From positions 1,217-65,216 of the forward strand of contig JBJKQR010000016.1 in the NCBI GenBank assembly GCA_046735395.1: DNA of 64,000 bases, written 5' to 3'. The stretch's first letter is position 1; the number at the start of each line of letters is the position of its first letter. The DNA is from Fidelibacterota bacterium. Lineage in GTDB: Bacteria; Fidelibacterota; Fidelibacteria; Fidelibacterales; DSDE01. A program made the translations under genes and the position numbers. The notes below the pieces were generated by a model that worked only from the letters and a program-made list of their open reading frames with translations, ran no database searches and was not told where the DNA came from. Of the stretch, positions 39,990-48,994 are shown piece by piece.

Positions 39990-41798
39990 TCAGTTCTGGT
40001 ACAGGGCGTCGAATTCAGCCCTGTACTTATCTTCCACCACTTTCCGCTTGATCTTCAGAGAAGGGGTGAGGGTTCCGTCCGAAATGGTAAAGGGATCGGC
40101 AAGGATAAGGAATTTCTTCACCTGTTCGAAGCGGGCAAGTTCTTCCTGCTTCGGCGCCAGATCCTTGTCAATCAGCTCGTAGACCTCGGGTTTTTTAACC
40201 AGTTCGGCGAAGCTGTCGTAGCTGACGCCGTTTTCTCTGGCCCAGTTTTCCAGCGCTTCCGTGCTGGGGACAATGGCAGCCGTCAGGAAATTCCGACGGT
40301 CCCCTATGACGACAATCTGATCAATCCAGCGGGAGGAGATCAGTTTGTTCTCAATATTGGCCGGAGCGATGTTCTTGCCGCCGGACGTGACAATCAGGTT
40401 TTTCTTGCGGTCGGTGATTTTCAGAAAACCCTCTTCGTCAATTTCTCCGATATCTCCGGTGGCAAACCAGCCGTCACTGTCTATAGCTTCCTTCGTTGCT
40501 TCAGGATTATTGTAGTAACCTTTCATAATATTGGGGCCTCTGAACCAGATTTCCCCGTCATCGGCGATGCGGGTTTCCACATCGGCGATATTTTTTCCCA
40601 CGAATCCGAATTTGATATTATCAATGGGATTGACATTCGTCACGGGTGTGGTTTCGGTCAGGCCGAAGCCCTCCAGGATCAGGATTCCGGCGGAGGCGAA
40701 AAATTCTCCGATGGTCTTGGGCAGGGGAGCGCCGCCGCTGATGCCGAAGATGAAATTCCCCCCGAAGGCATCCGAAATCTTATGGAATACAAGTTTCTGA
40801 GCCAGGGCGAATTTGAGTCCCAGCAGGCCTGTCGGCTTCTTTGCCTTCTGAAGATATTTCTTGCTGACCTCAGAACCGACGGACGTGGCCCAGTTGAATA
40901 TTTTCTGTTTGACAGGGGAGGAAACGGCAATGGTCTCGTTCACCTTTGCATAAATCTTTTCGTAAAGCCGGGGCACCGATATGAGATAATGCGGTTTTGC
41001 CACGCGCAGATTTTCGGGAACCTGCGGAACGGATTCGGCAAAATAGGTGGTGGCTCCGATCCAGAACGTGGCGTGAGAACCCATGCGCTCCAGGCTGTGG
41101 CTCAGGGGCAGAAAACTGAGGAAACGTTTGTTTTCAAGGAAATGGACTGCATCCTGAGTGGCCTGTACATTCGAGGCGATGTTGAACTGCGTCAGCATCA
41201 CACCCTTGGGATTTCCAGTGGTACCGGATGTATAGATGAGTGTCCACAGATCCTCCGGGGAAATTTTCTTTCCCTCGTCTTCCAGCGTGTAGCCGGCGGT
41301 TTCAAGGAAGGCTTTTCCCTTTTCCTTCAGGTCTGCGAAAGTCAGAATCCAGTCTTCGTCGAATTTTTCATCATCAAACACTACCATATGTTTCAGGGTG
41401 AGAATCTTGTTCTTGATCTGCAGAATTTTTTCAGCCTGTTCGCGGGAGCTGGCAAAAACCAGAGCTGAACCTGAATCATTGAGAATGAATTCGATCTGTT
41501 CGGGAATTAGCGTGGGATAAACGGCGACCGTCACGAATCCGAAATGAGCGCAGGCATAATCGGTGAGAGTCCATTCGGATCTGTTTTCCGATTGAATGGC
41601 AATCCGGTCACCTTTGGCATAGCCCAATGACCGCAGACCCATCGCAACCAGTTCAACGATGTCCCGTCCCTGACGGTAGCTGATACTTTCCCAGTTGTCA
41701 CCTTTTTTCTCAAAAAATAAATCCCGGTCACCATTCTTGTTCACAGAGTCACTGAATAGCTCAGGCAGCGTCTCCATGTATTTCAGTTTGTATCCCAT
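39990..41798 (-). CDS. fadD: Long-chain fatty acid-CoA ligase
   Basis: AMP-binding motif IYTSGTTGNPKGVML, EGFGLTET, GWFATGDIG, ITDRKK, LTPSLKIKR. Confidence 0.92.
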   Translation of the reverse strand: MGYKLKYMETLPELFSDSVNKNGDRDLFFEKKGDNWESISYRQGRDIVELVAMGLRSLGYAKGDRIAIQSENRSEWTLTDYACAHFGFVTVAVYPTLIPEQIEFILNDSGSALVFASSREQAEKILQIKNKILTLKHMVVFDDEKFDEDWILTFADLKEKGKAFLETAGYTLEDEGKKISPEDLWTLIYTSGTTGNPKGVMLTQFNIASNVQATQDAVHFLENKRFLSFLPLSHSLERMGSHATFWIGATTYFAESVPQVPENLRVAKPHYLISVPRLYEKIYAKVNETIAVSSPVKQKIFNWATSVGSEVSKKYLQKAKKPTGLLGLKFALAQKLVFHKISDAFGGNFIFGISGGAPLPKTIGEFFASAGILILEGFGLTETTPVTNVNPIDNIKFGFVGKNIADVETRIADDGEIWFRGPNIMKGYYNNPEATKEAIDSDGWFATGDIGEIDEEGFLKITDRKKNLIVTSGGKNIAPANIENKLISSRWIDQIVVIGDRRNFLTAAIVPSTEALENWARENGVSYDSFAELVKKPEVYELIDKDLAPKQEELARFEQVKKFLILADPFTISDGTLTPSLKIKRKVVEDKYRAEFDALYQN

Positions 41799-41997
41799 CC
41801 TACCCTCCTTATGTGCCTGTTCACTTTAGTCTCCGGCCGATACCCCGTCTTCCTGTGATTGCGTCGCCGCTCTTCCATGGTCAGACAATTGAAATACCCC
41901 AAACCGGATACTCATTCCATCAGAAAAAAATACGGCAGGAACCCAGCAGATTCAAGCAGGAATTTCTGTATCGGCAGAGAATAGCAAAATATTTTTA

Positions 41998-42026
41998 TTG
42001 CTTGTCATACAATATTTTATTAAAAT
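41998..42026 (+). promoter_or_regulatory. sigma70-like promoter of tRNA-Glu
   Basis: TTGCTT-17 nt-TAAAAT, 19 nt before the tRNA. Confidence 0.65.
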
Positions 42027-42045
42027 AGCTGGCTTTTTGAAAAGT

Positions 42046-42117
42046 GTCGCATTCGTCTAGTGGTTAGGACTCAGGACTTTCATTCCTGCAACAGGGGTTC
42101 GACTCCCCTATGCGATA
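42046..42117 (+). tRNA. tRNA-Glu (anticodon TTC); CCA not encoded
   Basis: Acceptor GTCGCAT/ATGCGAT; D arm GTCTAGTGGTTAGGAC; anticodon arm CAGGA-CTTTCAT-TCCTG; T arm AGGGG-TTCGACT-CCCCT. Confidence 0.97.
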
Positions 42118-42122
42118 CACAG

Positions 42123-42148
42123 AGCCCTCTGAAAAGAGGGCTTTTTTT
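42123..42148 (+). terminator. Intrinsic terminator after tRNA-Glu
   Basis: AGCCCTCT-GAAA-AGAGGGCT followed by a T run. Confidence 0.9.
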
Positions 42149-42316
42149 ATGAGGGTGAAAAGTGTAAATTGATCGAAACAGAAACTTGACGCAGGACACA
42201 TTTTTTCATTCATGTACAATTTAAATTTAAGCAAACCATTGAGCCGACGGGCGTCGGGATAAGGACAATTTAACCAAAACCTGAATGGCGCAATCTTAGG
42301 AAATGAAGGCGGGATT

Positions 42317-43528
42317 ATGAGAATAAACAAGAGCTGGGTTGGAGGCATACTGGTTCTGATGCTGGCAGGCGGGCTGTCTGCAACGGATCTGTCAGTAACG
42401 GAAGAATTCTTCAATGAAGGGATTGTCAGTTTTTATCTCTCAGATTTTGATCTGGAGAATCCGCAGAATAACCAGTTGATATTTGAGTACCGCATCGGTG
42501 AAAAGGGTAAAAATGACTGTACCTTTGATTCGCCGGTTACGGTCAGTTTTGAGTTCAAGCTGAAGGCACGTATTTTCAGTCTGGGCTGGGCTGGCTATCG
42601 TGACATTGCCACGGTCAATATTTACCCCTTTCAGCTGAATGGCCCCATGCGGATCAGTAATCAGCTGCTCGGAACGAATGTGGATGAGCATATGGTCAAG
42701 TATGATTGTCCCGAAGCCGGTGCATTTGTGGATATGAATGGCGGACGGGCAAGCATCAATTCGGAAAACCTCGCGGCGATTTCAAATATTGTATTTGCCA
42801 CGAATAAATTGCCGGGAGGCCAGTACAGTTTCATCTTTACTGTTTATAATGAAAGTGAAGGCGGTTCCGCGACGATCAGCCGGGATATCAATATCAGTTC
42901 CCCCACGAATCTGCAGCTGGTGAGTCCCGGAAGCAACACCGAATCCTCCGCGGCCTTTGAACAGATTTTCAGCAAATATCCTGTATTTCAGTGGGATAGT
43001 GAGAGCTGCGGCAGCTGCGAATATGCTATCCGTATCTGTAAGTTTTCACCGGATGTTCACAGCAGCAGCCTGTCTGCCCTGCAGGATGAATCCGTGCTTC
43101 CCTTTCCCGATGACGGCGGATACTATGCGCTGGGCGCAAATGTCAATTCCTATAACTATGATCCGTCCATCGCCGGACTTGAACTCGAATTCGGTGAAAG
43201 TTATGTCTGGCAGGTTCAGAAATCCTTCGGCACCTCTTCCGGAACTACCGAACTGAAGAGTGAAATTTTCGGATTCACCCTCGTGGATCCGGCCGGCGAC
43301 AATATCGGTACCGGCATTCCTTCGGATCCGGTTTCCAATGGCCTGAAGGCGCTGATCGGAGAAGACCGCTTCCGTCAGTATTTTTCATCCGGCGGAGAGC
43401 TGAACGGTTTTCTCAGCAATGGAAAAGTAACCTTGAACGGGACGTCCATTTCCGTTGGTGAATTGGAAATGATTCGAAATGCCATTCAAAACGGTTCATA
43501 CACAATTCAGAATATTTCAGTAGAGTAG
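42317..43528 (+). CDS. Secreted beta-rich protein with an FN3/DUF928-like C-terminal module (hypothetical)
   Basis: Signal peptide ending GLSA; PTNLQLVSP...PVFQW...YAIRI...LEFGESYVWQVQ pattern. Confidence 0.75.
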   Translation: MRINKSWVGGILVLMLAGGLSATDLSVTEEFFNEGIVSFYLSDFDLENPQNNQLIFEYRIGEKGKNDCTFDSPVTVSFEFKLKARIFSLGWAGYRDIATVNIYPFQLNGPMRISNQLLGTNVDEHMVKYDCPEAGAFVDMNGGRASINSENLAAISNIVFATNKLPGGQYSFIFTVYNESEGGSATISRDINISSPTNLQLVSPGSNTESSAAFEQIFSKYPVFQWDSESCGSCEYAIRICKFSPDVHSSSLSALQDESVLPFPDDGGYYALGANVNSYNYDPSIAGLELEFGESYVWQVQKSFGTSSGTTELKSEIFGFTLVDPAGDNIGTGIPSDPVSNGLKALIGEDRFRQYFSSGGELNGFLSNGKVTLNGTSISVGELEMIRNAIQNGSYTIQNISVE

Positions 43529-43537
43529 GAGGGCGGC

Positions 43538-44233
43538 ATGTTTATCAATCGACGCATTGTTACGGGTTTTGCACTCATGCTTCTTGCCATGGCCCCGCTT
43601 TTTGCCGCTCAGAAGATGGCGGTTATCACCAAGGCCCGGGGAGACGTAATGATTAAATCCGCTGCGGATAATAAATTCAGCAAGAGCGGAAAAATCGGAA
43701 CAGTTCTTGAGGACGGAGACGCCGTAAAGACCGGCAGTGACGGTTTTTCTGTCATCGTATTTCTGGATGACAAGAGTCAGGTCAAGCTTTATAACAGCTG
43801 TACCCTTGAGATCCGGGGTGAGAAACAGAACGGAGCTCTGACCAAGAGTATGGCCATGGGATTCGGAAAACTGAAGGCCGAAGTGGCCAAGCAGGTCGGC
43901 GGTGCACAATTCAAGATTGCCACTCCCACCTCCGTTGCATCCGTGAAGGGAACCGAATTCTGGATGATCAGTGATGAAAGTAACGGTGATCAGATTATCG
44001 GACTCAGCGGTCTGGTTCAGCTCCTGAATCAGGTGTCGGGACAGAGTGTCATGGTGGCATCCAATCAGACGGGGGTTTCCATGCCCGGCGGTGATGTGAA
44101 TGTGTCCGTGACCAGTCCTGAATCCATTCCGGATGAAGAGGAGGGTGCAGATGACTCCACACCGAACCAACTCCGCTTCCAGTATCAGGATTCAGACGGA
44201 AATCTTAAGGAAGTTATCATAGATTACCGGTAA
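43538..44233 (+). CDS. Stand-alone secreted FecR-domain protein
   Basis: Cleavable signal (LFA-AQ); LEDGDAVKTGSDG, FLDDKSQVKL, FKIATPTSVASVKGTEF; GGAGG RBS. Confidence 0.88.
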   Translation: MFINRRIVTGFALMLLAMAPLFAAQKMAVITKARGDVMIKSAADNKFSKSGKIGTVLEDGDAVKTGSDGFSVIVFLDDKSQVKLYNSCTLEIRGEKQNGALTKSMAMGFGKLKAEVAKQVGGAQFKIATPTSVASVKGTEFWMISDESNGDQIIGLSGLVQLLNQVSGQSVMVASNQTGVSMPGGDVNVSVTSPESIPDEEEGADDSTPNQLRFQYQDSDGNLKEVIIDYR

Positions 44234-44274
44234 TTCCGGGAGACCTTTCACTAATTATTTCCTATATTCCCAGT

Positions 44275-46812
44275 ATGTTGCGTAGTCTGCTGTGGCTGGT
44301 GCTGAGCCTGAGTGTTCTCGAGGCGGCGCCCTATGAAATCATTCATTATCCGCGAACCTCCTATTCCCTGCAGTTTCCTTTTCAGGTCGATGCTATTTTT
44401 TCCGGCGATGTTTCTCAGGTGCTGTCAGCCAGAGTACTGGGACGGCAGAGCGGCAGCAGCATATACCGTGAATTTCCCATGGACTTCGATGGCCTGAACT
44501 GGTCCGTGACCATCCCCACATCTGATTTTGATAAGAATGGTTACGAATATCTCATTGTGTTTCAATTGAAGAATGAGGGTCTGGTTACCTTTCCGGAGCA
44601 CAATCCCTTCAGCTCGCCACAGAAATGTATGTATGATAAGGACGCGGATGCAAATCTTCCCCGGGAAAGCGATGTGGAGGAGGACGTGGCCGGCGGAAGC
44701 ATTGAGTCGGGTGTCATCATTCTGTCTCCGGAACCGGGCAGCAAAATCGCGGTTCAGGATCTGGTCATAACCCTGTCGCTCTTCAATACTCCGGACGCGG
44801 ATCTGTCGTCCCTTAAAATATTTTTAGATAAAACGAATCTCACATCTTTTGCAGTCGTCACACCGGAAGTGATTACCCTTACGCCCCTTACCGGAAAATT
44901 AAAATCCGGGACTCACAGCGTGGAAGTGCGCATGAATAACAATTTCGGAGCGGCCTTCAAGCCACTGGTCTGGAGTTTCGAGCTGGTGGCGGATATCACT
45001 GAAAGCGAAAAAGTGTTCAAATCCGACGGAAAAATATCGCTTGAATACCGGAACGAAAATCTGGACGGCATCCGCAATAATCTCATGAGGGGAAAACTGA
45101 ATTACAATGGGTCGGCGGCTCAGGTATCCTACGGAGCCACTCTGAACCTGGTGGATAACGAGTCTCCCGAATTTCAGCCCCGAAACCAATACGCGGCCTT
45201 CATTAACAGCGACTACATGGATCTGGAGCTGGGTGACTGTTATCCGCTGTTTACCCGGACTGCTCTCTGGGGCAGCCGGATTCGCGGCGCTCATGCCAAT
45301 CTGAAATTCGGCCTCTTCAATTTTCAGTTCGTTACCGGGGCGAGTCTGAGAAAAGTGAACGGAAGCGCAGAATTCGTTGATTCACTGCAGACCTGGAATG
45401 TTCAGGATTATACCTACGGGCGGAATGTCATCGGCATCAAACCCAGTTTCGGGTCCGAGGATCGCTTCAATGTCTACCTGAGCGTCGTTCAGACCCGCGA
45501 TGATACGAGCAGTATTTATCCCCCGGATTTTATCGATGGATTTGATCCCCTGAATCAGAGCTACCGGCTGACCGGCGCCAAACCACGGGATAATCTGGTC
45601 ATCGGTTTCGGGCACTCCCTTATTCTCGATAACCGTAAATTCAATTGGTACAACGACATTGCCATCAGCCTGAGCAATTCGGATATCAGCCGCGGCGCCC
45701 TGGATTCCATTGCCTTCGGGGATACGACCCTGGTTTTCAGTGACCTGATGGGGATGATGGGCTTTCCTCTGACCACGGAAGCACTGGCTCCTGTTTTTAT
45801 CATAAATGAAAATACCGGGATTCCCATTCCCATTGCGCTGACTAAGGATATGACCGTGCAGGTGAGTCCGCTTACATTTTCTGCCTATCCTACTCTGGCC
45901 TGGATGTCCCAGTTTCAGCTCGATTATTACGGGCATTATGTCAATATCAATTACAAGCGCGTGGCGCCCGAGTATCAGGCCCTTGCCCACAACGGGATCA
46001 TGAGTGACAACAAGGTTCTGGATCTGTCGGACCGGATCCGCATGCTGGATAACAAACTGTTTCTGAATCTGAATTACAACAGTCAGCGTGATAATCTGCT
46101 GGAGGGAGTCAAACAGTATACCAGCGATGGCCGCAGCACGAGTATCGGTCTCAATATCATGCCCGGGCCCGGTTTTCCCACGGCAACCATCAGCATGAAA
46201 GTGCTCAATCGTTTCAATAATGCCTCGCGGGTGGATACGCTCGTGATGCAGAGTACGGACACCACCAGCCTTAATCCGGTCTCCTACAGCTTCAGTGATC
46301 CCCGGATAAATAATCAGAGCCGCTTCCAGATGCTCAACGTGAGCCAGCCCTTCCGTATTTTCGGGAAAAAGAATTCCCTGAATATTTCCTACATTTCATC
46401 AGACCGGCGGGATCTGGTTCCCAACCGGCCCGTCAATTTCATGGATATCAGCATGGGAATGGAGGCCCTGACCCTGACAGCGATCACCACGCTGAGTCCG
46501 GTTCATGTGCAGGCCCTGTCCTACAGCCGCACCCGGAATATCAGCGCGGGAACGCAGCAGTATAATTACAATATCATGGGATACAAACTGGATTCCAAAC
46601 TGTTCGCCGACCGTATTTCGAATTCGGTCAACCTGAAATATACGCGAGCTTTCGGACTGGTGAATTTCTGGCAGATAACGGCCGGGGACGACATCCGGAT
46701 GAAAATATTGCAAAATCAGTTACTATTCTCCTTTCAATTTAATAAAATAGTTCAGGATGTCAGATCAGCGAACTCGCTGAAATTTTATTTGAAATATTCG
46801 ATTACATTTTAA
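44275..46812 (+). CDS. Putative outer-membrane protein: two N-terminal Ig-like domains plus a large beta-barrel
   Basis: Signal peptide (LEA-AP); ILSPEPGS...LKSGTHSVEV Ig-like domain; ELGDCYPLFT...GSRIRG; C-terminal strand FYLKYSITF ending in Phe. Confidence 0.72.
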   Translation: MLRSLLWLVLSLSVLEAAPYEIIHYPRTSYSLQFPFQVDAIFSGDVSQVLSARVLGRQSGSSIYREFPMDFDGLNWSVTIPTSDFDKNGYEYLIVFQLKNEGLVTFPEHNPFSSPQKCMYDKDADANLPRESDVEEDVAGGSIESGVIILSPEPGSKIAVQDLVITLSLFNTPDADLSSLKIFLDKTNLTSFAVVTPEVITLTPLTGKLKSGTHSVEVRMNNNFGAAFKPLVWSFELVADITESEKVFKSDGKISLEYRNENLDGIRNNLMRGKLNYNGSAAQVSYGATLNLVDNESPEFQPRNQYAAFINSDYMDLELGDCYPLFTRTALWGSRIRGAHANLKFGLFNFQFVTGASLRKVNGSAEFVDSLQTWNVQDYTYGRNVIGIKPSFGSEDRFNVYLSVVQTRDDTSSIYPPDFIDGFDPLNQSYRLTGAKPRDNLVIGFGHSLILDNRKFNWYNDIAISLSNSDISRGALDSIAFGDTTLVFSDLMGMMGFPLTTEALAPVFIINENTGIPIPIALTKDMTVQVSPLTFSAYPTLAWMSQFQLDYYGHYVNINYKRVAPEYQALAHNGIMSDNKVLDLSDRIRMLDNKLFLNLNYNSQRDNLLEGVKQYTSDGRSTSIGLNIMPGPGFPTATISMKVLNRFNNASRVDTLVMQSTDTTSLNPVSYSFSDPRINNQSRFQMLNVSQPFRIFGKKNSLNISYISSDRRDLVPNRPVNFMDISMGMEALTLTAITTLSPVHVQALSYSRTRNISAGTQQYNYNIMGYKLDSKLFADRISNSVNLKYTRAFGLVNFWQITAGDDIRMKILQNQLLFSFQFNKIVQDVRSANSLKFYLKYSITF

Positions 46813-46817
46813 ACGGG

Positions 46818-48986
46818 GTGGGTATGAACAAGAAAAAACGACAGAATTATCTGGTAGTCGGCGGGATCCTTGTTCTGGTGTTTATCGCGGTATTAGTGAC
46901 ACGATATCTGGGACTTTTCCAGACGCTTGAATTGAAGACTCAGGATTTCAGATTTCTGCACAGAGGGCCGATTCCGCACGATGATAAAATTGTGGTGGTT
47001 TCGCTTGACCAGGAGAGCTGGGAATCCATACCCTATGACTATCCCTATCCGCGGCAGATGTGGGCGAAGGTCATTGAGAATCTGAATGAAGCCGGCGCCC
47101 GGCTCATCGTCTTTGATGTGCAGTTTGATGTGGCCCGGGAAGACAGCGCCGGAGACAAGATTTTTGCCGAGGCCATCCGCAAGGCGGGCAATGTCATTCT
47201 GGCCAGCAAGCTGAATCTTGTGGAAAAGCGCGGACAGATATTCACCAGTATCACCGAACCCTACAAGCCCTTTCTGGATGCAGCACTGGCAACAGGCCTC
47301 ATCGGGGAGCTGAAGGATATTGATCAATATACGCGGAATTATTCCATTTTCTACCCTTATGACGGGAAGTACTACCTGTTCCTGGCATTGAAGGCCGTAA
47401 AGGAATATATGGGTATTCCCGATTCGGTGAAAATGACCGTCAGCCCGGATTCAAAATATATCCTGTACGGGCCCTTGAGAATACTTCATAACCCGCGTGA
47501 AATCAATACGATGACCATTAATTACTACGGACCTTCGAAAACCTTTGAAACCTTTCCTCTGGAAAATATCATTGATGATTCGGATGTGGATCTGCGCGGG
47601 GAAGCGGATACGGACTATATGGAGCTATGGAAGAACAATTCCGTGTATCCGCCGGAAATCCTTGAAATGCTGAGAGGAGAAGACGGCGAGAGTCCCTTCA
47701 AGGATAAGATCGTGTTCATCGGGGATGCATTGGAGGAACATTTCGATCTCAAATTCACGCCCTTCTTCAACTATCATGAGGAACCCAAACTCACATCCGG
47801 CGTGGAAACCCATGCTCATGCGGCCCAGACTATTCTCGATGCCAATTACATTATTCATACTGAAAGATCGGTTGATAATATTATCGTTCTGATCATGACA
47901 ACATTGACTCTGCTAATCAGTGTGACGCTGGGACCGGTATGGGGTATCATTTCCCTGCTGGCCATCGTGGGAAGCTATATCGGAATATCGGTCTGGCTCT
48001 TTGATTCATACAATATCTGTGTGGAATGGCTGCCCGCCATCGCCGGTGCGCTCATGGCCTACGGCCTCAATACCATTTACGATTTTATCCTGGAACAGCG
48101 GGAAAAGAAAAAGATCCGTGGCATGTTCTCCACCTATATGTCACCGAAGATTCTCAGATATCTGGAAGATCATCCCGATGCCTTCCGGCTTACGGGTGAA
48201 AAACGCGAATCTTCCATCTTCTTTTCCGATGTGGAGGGATTCACCACTATTTCCGAATCTCTTTCCGCAGAAGAACTGGCCCTGGTCCTCAACAAATATC
48301 TGTCACCCATGACGGACATTCTCATGAAGTACGACGGGTATGTGGATAAATATGAGGGCGATGCCATCATGTGCGATTTCGGGGTTCCCGTTGAGGATCC
48401 GGACCACGCGTGGAAGGCCTGCTGGGCCGCACTGGATCAGCAGGAACGTCTGGTCTCGCTCCGGGAGGAACTGCTGAAGGATCACAATGTACGCGTAAAA
48501 GTCCGGATGGGAATCAATTCCGGGCTGGTATCGGCGGGAAACATGGGTTCTGATCAGCGCTTTCAGTACACGGTCATGGGGGATGCCGTCAATGCCGCGT
48601 CCCGCTTTGAAGGAGCAAATAAACAGTACGGGACCTATCTGATGATCGGTGAGAAGACCTTCAAAGCTGCTGCTGACAAGATTGAAGCCCGGGTTCTGGA
48701 CCGCCTGATCGTCAAGGGAAAGAACGAATATATCACGGTATATCATCTGCTGGCAAAAAAGGGCGAACTGTCGGATGAGGTCGCGGATATGAAAACGCAT
48801 TTTGAGAATGGCATGGATCATTACTGGAACCGGGATTTTGATGCGGCCATCGCTGAATTCCGCAAGGCTCTGGAAATCGTTGAGGACGATGCGCCTTCAA
48901 AAGTTTTCATTTCCCGATGTGAGGCGTTCAAGGAAACGCCGCCGCCGACGGACTGGCAGGGTGAATTTATTATGACGACGAAATAG
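46818..48986 (+). CDS. CHASE2-domain class III adenylate cyclase with a C-terminal TPR-like helix pair
   Basis: CHASE2 (IVVVSLDQES..YPYPR..WAKVIENL..GARLIVFDVQF; FKDKIVFIG; SGVETHA), 3 TMs, catalytic FSDVEGFT, VDKYEGDA, YTVMGDAVNAASRFEG. Confidence 0.93.
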   Translation: MGMNKKKRQNYLVVGGILVLVFIAVLVTRYLGLFQTLELKTQDFRFLHRGPIPHDDKIVVVSLDQESWESIPYDYPYPRQMWAKVIENLNEAGARLIVFDVQFDVAREDSAGDKIFAEAIRKAGNVILASKLNLVEKRGQIFTSITEPYKPFLDAALATGLIGELKDIDQYTRNYSIFYPYDGKYYLFLALKAVKEYMGIPDSVKMTVSPDSKYILYGPLRILHNPREINTMTINYYGPSKTFETFPLENIIDDSDVDLRGEADTDYMELWKNNSVYPPEILEMLRGEDGESPFKDKIVFIGDALEEHFDLKFTPFFNYHEEPKLTSGVETHAHAAQTILDANYIIHTERSVDNIIVLIMTTLTLLISVTLGPVWGIISLLAIVGSYIGISVWLFDSYNICVEWLPAIAGALMAYGLNTIYDFILEQREKKKIRGMFSTYMSPKILRYLEDHPDAFRLTGEKRESSIFFSDVEGFTTISESLSAEELALVLNKYLSPMTDILMKYDGYVDKYEGDAIMCDFGVPVEDPDHAWKACWAALDQQERLVSLREELLKDHNVRVKVRMGINSGLVSAGNMGSDQRFQYTVMGDAVNAASRFEGANKQYGTYLMIGEKTFKAAADKIEARVLDRLIVKGKNEYITVYHLLAKKGELSDEVADMKTHFENGMDHYWNRDFDAAIAEFRKALEIVEDDAPSKVFISRCEAFKETPPPTDWQGEFIMTTK

Positions 48987-48994
48987 CTGTTGAT

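Noticed and set aside
42064-42414. 116-aa minus-strand ORF ending RIGESNPCCRNESPES
   Set aside because: It is the antisense translation of tRNA-Glu and adjacent sequence.
42046-48986. Genomic island integrated at tRNA-Glu
   Set aside because: No integrase, I saw no duplicated tRNA 3' end, the tRNA has its own promoter and terminator, and the composition resembles the flanks.
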